Under the pieces are notes generated by a model that was given only the letters and a program-made list of their open reading frames with translations, was not told the DNA's origin and ran no database searches. Both the position numbers and the translations under genes were made by a program. Of a stretch of DNA of 64,000 nucleotides, positions 57,262 through 64,000 are shown one piece after another (positions within the stretch are counted from its first letter, which is position 1; every line of letters begins with the position of its first letter). Origin of the DNA: an uncultured Solirubrobacteraceae bacterium (GTDB lineage: Bacteria; Actinomycetota; Thermoleophilia; Solirubrobacterales; Solirubrobacteraceae); NCBI GenBank assembly GCA_963756205.1, contig CAVWMU010000015.1:16192-80191 (forward strand). Reading direction: 5' to 3'.

Positions 57262-59040
57262 CTAGGACAGCGCGACGCTCATCCGCCGCACGCGCGCATG
57301 CCGGCCGTGGCCGCTGACGAGCGTCAGCGTGTAGCGCCCGCTGGGCAGGACGCGATCGGCGTGCAGCAGCACGCGCCCGCCGCTGACCGTGCCGGTCGCG
57401 TACACGTACCCGTGGCGCCCGAGCGACGCGCGCACCTCGCTGTCGGACGTGAACGTGGCAGGGCTCGGAACCTGCCTGGACGTGCACTTCGTGACTTTCT
57501 TCGGCTTGTGGTTGACGGTCTTGGTGGAGGTCGTGCACGTGACGAGGTCCACCTGCCCTTCCGGGCCCCTGGGGCCCGTCGCGCCGGTCGCGCCCACGGG
57601 GCCGGTCGCGCCCGCGGGGCCGGTCGGCCCGGTTGCGCCAGTCGAGCCCGTGGGACCGCTGTTCTGCACGATCACGGTCAACGAGGCGCTGGTCGCCGAG
57701 GCGTTGACGAGCGGGAGCGGTTCGGTGGTGTTGGGCAGCAGGTAGGTGACGACCTCCCGGCACGACAGCGCGCGGCCAATGTCAGAGGAGCCGGGCGTGA
57801 AGGTCTGCGCGGTGGCGCCCGGGATCGGCGTCCCCCCGCTCAGCCACTGGTAGCCGTCGTAGGAGAAGGCGCCGGGGAGCGGCTGCTGGGAGTCGAAGTC
57901 CGCCCAGCGGTCGCCCTCGCACGCCTGCTGGGTGCCCTCCTGGCCGGAGCCGGCGACGACGGGCGCCACGATCGACGCCGTAGGGCCGTCGGTGCCGATC
58001 ACGTCGATACCGCCGACGCCCTGGTTGCCGATCCAGAGGTTGCCGTCGGGGCCCAGCGTGATGCCGTCGAAGAATTCGCTTTTGGCAAAGTCGGTTACGA
58101 CACCCTCGGGGGTGATCCGCGCGGCCTCTTTGGAGCCGTCATCGGTGAACCAGAGGTCGCCTTCGGGGCCGGGCGTTATGAACGCCGGTTCGGAGACGCC
58201 TTCGGTGAACTCTTCGATTTTCCCGGCCGACGTGATCCGCCCGATTGCCTTGGTGGTGCCGTCGTCACCGAACCAGAGGTTGCCGTCGGGCCCCGCGGTG
58301 ATGGCGCCCGGGGAGGCCCCGGCTTTCAGGCCCGTGGAGAACTTCGTCACGGTCCCGGACGGCGTCATCCGGTCGACCTCCCTGGTGCTGCCTTCGTCGG
58401 TGAACCACAGGTTGCCGTCGGGGCCGGCGGTGATGAAGTACGGCAGGATCGCACTTTCCAGCCCAAACTCATGGATTTCTCCGCTCGGCGTAACCCGGCC
58501 GATCGCTTTCGTGGTGCCACGGTCGGTGAACCACAGGTCCCCTTCGGCGCCGGCTGCGATCCGGAAGGGTTTGGCTTCCGCGTTCAACCCTGTGTGAAAC
58601 TCGGTGATGCTTGGCGTGCACGGCGCCGGCGCGCACGGCACGAGCCGGCCGATCGCCTCGTGTTTGCTGCCTTCGTCGACGAACCAGATGTCACCTTCGT
58701 GGCCGACGGCGAGACTGCGGACCTCGCTGTGTTCGGGAAGTTCGAACTCGGTGGCGGCACCGCCGGGCGTGATCTCGCCGATCTCGGAGGCACCTTCTTC
58801 TTCGTCCGCGAGATTGAGTTTCTCGGTCCCGCTCGGGTCAGCGAACCACACGTTCCCGTCGGGACCGGATGTGAGCGCGTAGGCGTAATGTCCGGAGGGG
58901 ATCGAAAAGTTGCTGTATTCGCCGAGGCGCATGGCCGTGGCGCTACCGGCGAAGAGCGCCAATGAGAGGCCGCACGTGAGGGCGAGTGCGAGCGCACGCA
59001 GCCGGTTGCCGTTGCCGAATCGCACGCCCACTCCAGTCAT
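57262..59040 (-). CDS. Secreted Vgb-like beta-propeller + Ig-like + collagen-like repeat protein
   Basis: Seven GPDGNLWF-type blades, YQWLSGGTPIPGAT module, about ten G-X-Y triplets (57560-57660). Confidence 0.85.
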   Translation of the reverse strand: MTGVGVRFGNGNRLRALALALTCGLSLALFAGSATAMRLGEYSNFSIPSGHYAYALTSGPDGNVWFADPSGTEKLNLADEEEGASEIGEITPGGAATEFELPEHSEVRSLAVGHEGDIWFVDEGSKHEAIGRLVPCAPAPCTPSITEFHTGLNAEAKPFRIAAGAEGDLWFTDRGTTKAIGRVTPSGEIHEFGLESAILPYFITAGPDGNLWFTDEGSTREVDRMTPSGTVTKFSTGLKAGASPGAITAGPDGNLWFGDDGTTKAIGRITSAGKIEEFTEGVSEPAFITPGPEGDLWFTDDGSKEAARITPEGVVTDFAKSEFFDGITLGPDGNLWIGNQGVGGIDVIGTDGPTASIVAPVVAGSGQEGTQQACEGDRWADFDSQQPLPGAFSYDGYQWLSGGTPIPGATAQTFTPGSSDIGRALSCREVVTYLLPNTTEPLPLVNASATSASLTVIVQNSGPTGSTGATGPTGPAGATGPVGATGATGPRGPEGQVDLVTCTTSTKTVNHKPKKVTKCTSRQVPSPATFTSDSEVRASLGRHGYVYATGTVSGGRVLLHADRVLPSGRYTLTLVSGHGRHARVRRMSVALS

Positions 59041-59151
59041 GCCGCCCTCCTGTGTCGACAGGCGCAGGATGCTCACGCGAGCGGCGCCCGATTGCCCTTG
59101 ACCGGCGGCACTCTAGCCGCGTGTCGAGCTCCGCGTCGCAGGCATTCGACC

Positions 59152-60037
59152 TCATGCCGCGACCTCGCGCGTGCGCTGCACGTCGCGGTGCATCTGCTCG
59201 ATCAGCGCCGCGGGGTCCTCGAAGCGTCGCTCGCCGCGCAGCCGCTCGAGGAATCGCAGTCGCAGCTGCTGCCCATAGAGGTCGCCGTCGAAGTCCAGGA
59301 CGTAGGCCTCGATCAGCTCGCCGCGGCCGGTGGTGAAGGTGGGGCGCACGCCGATGCTGACGGCCGCCGGGCGCACGCCGAGCGTGTCGCTCTCGGCCAG
59401 GCACGCGTAGACGCCGTGGCCGGGGCATGCGAGCGCCTCGTCGGGAACGAGGTTGGCGGTCGGGAAGCCGAGCTCGCGCCCGCGCTGGTCGCCGTGCACG
59501 ACCTCCCCGCGCAGCTCGAAGCGTCGCGCCCAGCAGCCGGTCGGCCTCGGCGACCTCGCCGGCGAGCACCAGGCCGCGGATGTGGCTGGAGGAGACGATC
59601 TCGCCGTCGACCTCCAGCAGCGGATGCACGACGGTGGCGAAGCGCTCGTCGGCGGACAGCAGCGGCGGGTCGCCCTGCGCCTTGTGCCCGAAGCGGAAGT
59701 TCTCGCCGATCGCCACCTGCGTGGCGCCGAGCGCGCCGACGAGCACGTCGTCGATGAACTCGCGCGCCGAGCGTCTGGCGAAGTCGGCGTCGAAGGGGAT
59801 CACGATCAGCTCCTGCACGCCGAGCGAGGCGATCAGCTCGGCCTTGCGCGCGAGCGTGGTCAGCAGCTTGGGCGTGTGCTGCGGCGCGACCACCGACACG
59901 GGATGCGGGTCGAAGGTGAGCACGCTGTCGGCGCCGCGGATCACCTCGCGATGGCCGAGGTGCACGCCGTCGAAGGTGCCCACCGCGACGCTGCGCTCGG
60001 CTCCGCGCTCCACGTCGGGCAGGCGAGTGACCTTCAC
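59152..60037 (-). CDS. ribF: Riboflavin kinase/FAD synthetase, frameshifted near 59520
   Basis: GTFDGVHLGH, NFRFG, VSSSHIR, RGRELGFPTAN, GVRPTF. Confidence 0.94.
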
Positions 60038-60048
60038 GGCCGCACAGC

Positions 60049-60745
60049 CTATTTGGAGATCGCCGCCAGCGCCTGATCGAGCGCGATCAGCGGCGGCTCG
60101 AGCCACGGGCGCCCGCGCGGCGGCGGCGGGACGGCGTCGCGCACGTCGAACGGGCCGATCGCCGTGCGCCTGAGCGTCAGGCAGTAGGCGTCGCCCAGAT
60201 CGGCGATCAGCGAGCGCACATAGGTTCCCGAGCCGCATTCGATTGCGAAGGCCGCGCGCGGCGGCTCGCCGGGCAGCTCGAGCTCCGGCGGGGCGCCGGG
60301 GTCGCGCCAGAGCTGCTCGAAGCGCATGACGGTGACGACCCGCTCGGGCATCTCGAAGCTCTCGCCGCGGCGCGCGCGCTTGTACGCGCGCTCGCCGCCG
60401 ATCTTGACGGCCGAGTAGATCGGCGGGCGCTGGCGCAGCTCGCCGGTGGGCAGCGCGGGCGGATCGGGCGGAAGCCGCCCGGTGTGGGTGATCTCCCCCT
60501 CGGTGTCGCCGGTGCTCGAGGTCGCCCCCAGCTGGGCCACCGTCTCGTAGCGCTTGGGCAGCGCCATCAGCGCGCTCTGCGCCTTGGTCGCGCGGCCGAC
60601 GAGCACCAGCAGCAGGCCCGTCGCGAACGGGTCGAGCGTGCCGGCGTGGCCGGTCGCGCACGCCGCCAAGCGAGCGCCGCACGGCGGCGACGACGTCGTG
60701 GGAGGTGATCCCGGCGGGCTTGTCGATCAGCAGCACGCCGTCCAT
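60049..60745 (-). CDS. truB: tRNA pseudouridine-55 synthase, frameshifted near 60660
   Basis: DKPAGITSHDVV, GHAGTLDPFATG, PPIYSAVK, CGSGTYVRSL. Confidence 0.95.
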
Positions 60746-60791
60746 CGCGCGCCCCTCCTCCCCACGCTCTATCGGGACCCGCCTGCCGCGC

Positions 60792-61843
60792 TCAGGCGAG
60801 CGTCGCGGCGGCGTGCCCGTCCGAGGTGGGTGCAGCTGCGCGGCGATCGCCTCGCGCAGGAACGCGGTCAGCTCCTCGGGATCGAGCGTCGTCGAGAAGC
60901 CCGCCGCGCGGCGGTGTCCGCCGCCGCCCTGGGCGCGCGCGATGGCCGACACGTCGACGTCGTCGTCGGTCGCGCGCAGCGAGACTTTGTGCTGGCCCTT
61001 GCGCTCGCCGCTCGAGAGCTCGCGCACGAGCACGGCGACCTTCGTGCCCTCGAGCGCGCGCAGCTGGTCGATGATGCCCTCCGAGTAGCTCTCCTCGGCG
61101 TCCGCGCGATCGAAGTCCTCCGCGCTCAGCGTCGCGATCGCGAGCTCCCCGTCGTCGAAGCGCTGCAGCTGCGCGAGCGCGAGCGCGAGCAGCGTGAGCT
61201 TGCCCAGCGGCACGCCCTCATAGAGCCTGCGGTAGACGCCGGGCACGTCGACGCCCGCCTCGATCAGCTCGGCGGCCATGAGGTGCGCACGCGGCCCCGT
61301 GTTCTCGTACATGAAGCGGCCGGTGTCGGTGATCAGCCCGATGTACAGGGCCTCGGCGACCGCCGGCGTGGGGCGCACGTCGAGCCCGTGCATCAGGTCC
61401 CACACGATCTCCGCCGTGCACGAGGCGTCGGGCACGACGTGGTTGAGCGTGCCGAAGCGCGTGTTGTCGTGGTGATGGTCGATGTTCAGCAGGTGCGCGC
61501 CGTCGCGCAGCACGCTTGCGGAGTTGCGGTCGATGTTGCCGCAGTCGAGGAACACCACCGTGCGCTGCGCGATGTCCGCCGGCGGCAGCCGGATGAGGCC
61601 GTCGAGCGAGAAGAAGCGGTACTCGCGCGGCAGCGGCAGATCGTCCGGCGAGATGAACATCGCCGAGTCCTTGCCCAGCGCCTGCAGCAGCCCGTGCATC
61701 CCCACCAGCGAGCCGAGCGCGTCGCCGTCGGGATTCTCGTGCGCGGCGAGCACGAAGCGCTGGTCCTCGCGGATGCGCGCGAGCACCAGCTCGCGCGTCT
61801 GCGCGACGGTCGGGGTCTCGCGCATCGGGGTGCTCTCGCTCAC
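60792..61843 (-). CDS. nrnA: DHH/DHHA1 oligoribonuclease/PAP phosphatase
   Basis: HENPDGDALGS, NIDHH, TDTGRF, GGGHRRAAG; stop displaced by an apparent indel. Confidence 0.9.
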
Positions 61844-62244
61844 CGGCTCTCGCCCTCCTCGTCGTGGCCCTCGCCCTCCGCGGGCTGCGCGGGAGGCTGC
61901 GCGACGAGCTCCTCCACGCGCAGCGCCCGGTCGGTGGTGTCGTCGTAGAAGAACTCGAGCGTCGGCGTGCGCTTGAGGCGCAGCTCACCGGCCACGCGCG
62001 CCTGCAGGAAGCCGTGGGCGCTGCGCAGGCCGTCGAGCGTCGCCTCGCGCTCCTCCGGCTGCGACGGGCCGCCGCCGGCGCCGAGAACGCTCACGTACAC
62101 ACGTGCATGGCGTAGGTCCGGGCTGGTTCTGACATCGGTCACGGTTGTAAATCCCACTCTCGGGTCCTTGAGGTCCCCTGCCACGGCGTCGCCCAGCACC
62201 TGCCGAATCGCCTCGTCGACCCGGCGCATCCGTCCTGTGCTCAT
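61840..62244 (-). CDS. rbfA: Ribosome-binding factor A
   Basis: LKDPR, VRTSPDLRHARVYVS, LKRTPTLEFFYD. Confidence 0.95.
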   Translation of the reverse strand: MSTGRMRRVDEAIRQVLGDAVAGDLKDPRVGFTTVTDVRTSPDLRHARVYVSVLGAGGGPSQPEEREATLDGLRSAHGFLQARVAGELRLKRTPTLEFFYDDTTDRALRVEELVAQPPAQPAEGEGHDEEGESR

Positions 62245-62280
62245 CCTACCCGTCCAATTCCCCGCCGACGCCCGGGACCC

Positions 62281-62300
62281 TGCCGGCGGGACCGCCGGCA
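62281..62300. terminator. GC hairpin between infB and rbfA
   Basis: TGCCGGCGG-GA-CCGCCGGCA; no U-tract on the minus strand. Confidence 0.35.
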
Positions 62301-62331
62301 GTCTTCAATCTCTCGCGCCGGTCATCGCGTC

Positions 62332-64000
62332 TCAGGAGGAGAGCTCGCGCTCGACCTGGCGCGTCTCGTAGGTCTCGAGCACGTCGCCCTCGTGCAGATC
62401 CTGGAAGTTCGCGAGCACGATGCCGCACTCGAAGCCGCTTGCGACCTCGCGCGCGTCCTCGTTGAAGCGGCGCAGGCTCTCGATCGTCGTGTCGTAGATG
62501 ACGGTGCCCTCGCGCACGACGCGCACGCGCGCGCCGCGCGTGACCTTGCCCTCGGTGACGAGCGAGCCGGCGATCGTGCCGATGCGCGAGGCTTTGAACA
62601 GCTGGCGCACCTCGGCCTGGCCGAGCGGCGTCTCGACCTCTTCGGGCGCGAGCATGCCCTGCATCGCCGCGCGCAGCTCTTCGATCGCGCGGTAGATGAC
62701 CGCGTAGGAGCGGATCTCGACGCCCTCGCGCTCGGCGATCTGGCGCGCGTCGCCGACCGGGCGGACGTTGAACGCGAGGATCACGCCGTGCGAGGCCGCC
62801 GCGAGCATCACGTCGGACTCGTTGATGCCGCCGACGCCGCGGTGGATGATGTTGACCTTGACCTCCTGCTGGGGCAGCTTCGCGATCTCGTCCTCGATCG
62901 CCTCCAGCGAGCCGGCGACGTCGGCCTTGACGACCAGGCCGAGCTCCTTGACGGTGCCCTCCTGTGCGAGCTTGAAGACGTCCTCGAGCGAGACCTTGCG
63001 GCCCGAGCGCCGGGCGAGCGCCTCGGTCTTCAGGCGGTTGGCGCGTTCGCCGGCGAGCTGGCGCGCGCGCCGCTCGTTCTCGACCACGCGCACGTGCTCG
63101 CCCGCCTCGGGCACGCCGTCGAAGCCGAGCACCTCGACCGGCTGGCCGGGCATCGCCGCGTTTGAGCTTGCCGCCGGTGAAGTCGTGCATCGCGCGCACG
63201 CGCCCGAAGTGCGCGCCGGCGACGAGCGCGTCGCCGACCCGCAGCGTGCCGCGCTGGATCAGGATCGTCACGACAGGCCCGCGCCCGGGGTCGAGCTTGG
63301 ACTCGATCACCGCACCGGAGGCCTCGGCGCCCGACGTTCGCCTTCAGTTCCTCGAGGTCGGTGACCACCTGGATCGTGTCGAGCAGCGTCGTCGAGGCCG
63401 TCGTGGGTCTTGGCGCTGACGTCGACGAACTCCGTTTCCCCGCCCCACTCCGACGGGCTGCAGCCCGTGCTGGGTCATCTCGGTGCGCACGCGCTCGGGC
63501 TGCGCGCCCTCCTTGTCGATCTTGTTGACCGCGACGATGATCGGCACTTCCGCGGCCTTCGCGTGGTCGATCGCCTCCTCGGTCTGCGGCTTGACGCCGT
63601 CGTCGGCCGCGACGACGATCACCGCGATGTCGGTCACGCTGCGCGCCGCGCGCGCGCATCGCCGTGAACGCCTCGTGGCCGGGCGTGTCGAGGAAGGTGA
63701 TCTCCTTGCCCGCGTGGCGCACCTGGTAGGCGCCGATGTGCTGGGTGATGCCGCCCGCCTCGCCCGCGGCCACCTCGGTCTCGCGGATCGCGTCCAGCAG
63801 CGAGGTCTTGCCGTGGTCGACGTGGCCCATGATCGTGACCACCGGCGGACGTTCGATCGAGGTCCTCGTCGGCGTCCTCGTAGACCGGCTCCGAGCTCGA
63901 CGTCATCGGCGGCGTGGACGATCTCGATCTGCTTGCTCGAACTCGTCCGCGAGCACCTGGATGGCGTCGTCGGAGAGCGTCTGCGTGAGCGTCGCCATCT
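62332..64000 (-). CDS. infB: Translation initiation factor IF-2 (5' part outside window, frameshifted)
   Basis: [46 protein letters not shown]. Confidence 0.97.

Noticed and set aside
57262-59040. Virginiamycin B lyase antibiotic-resistance gene
   Set aside because: Only the propeller repeat is shared; the signal peptide, Ig-like and collagen modules point to a surface protein.
58943-61843. 966-aa NrnA-TruB-RibF fusion ORF
   Set aside because: Mosaic of correct and out-of-frame segments from three standard genes; indel artefact.

Overview
High-GC actinobacterial chromosome segment; gene content and the secreted repeat proteins suggest Thermoleophilia/Solirubrobacterales (inference). From about 18 kb to 64 kb it is mostly a conserved core block, largely on the minus strand: infB-rbfA-nrnA-truB-ribF-rpsO-pnp-M16 peptidase-dapB-dapA-rnj, ftsK-rodZ-cinA-thpR-recA, miaB, miaA-dapF-dapL-hflX, and murT/gatD on the plus strand. 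Secreted repeat-protein genes are interspersed. Many core genes are broken by single-base indels, most likely assembly or consensus errors. The most notable feature is an intact 3,779-bp IS1-family cargo transposon at 8058-11836, with perfect 18-bp terminal inverted repeats and an 8-bp target duplication (ATGCAACG). Its right end lies 5 bp from the XerC arm of a dif-like site (11842-11869). It carries a DDE transposase, a divergent KGG-motif small protein, six small uncharacterised ORFs, two copies of a GC-rich hairpin, and a tRNA-like gene with a His-type acceptor end (G-1:C73) but a Thr (UGU) anticodon. An array of GTCTCA-N6-YGAGAC-like palindromes lies just outside its left end. LexA boxes precede recA and an Rv2578c-like radical SAM gene. 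All product calls come from motif recognition by eye, not from database searches.
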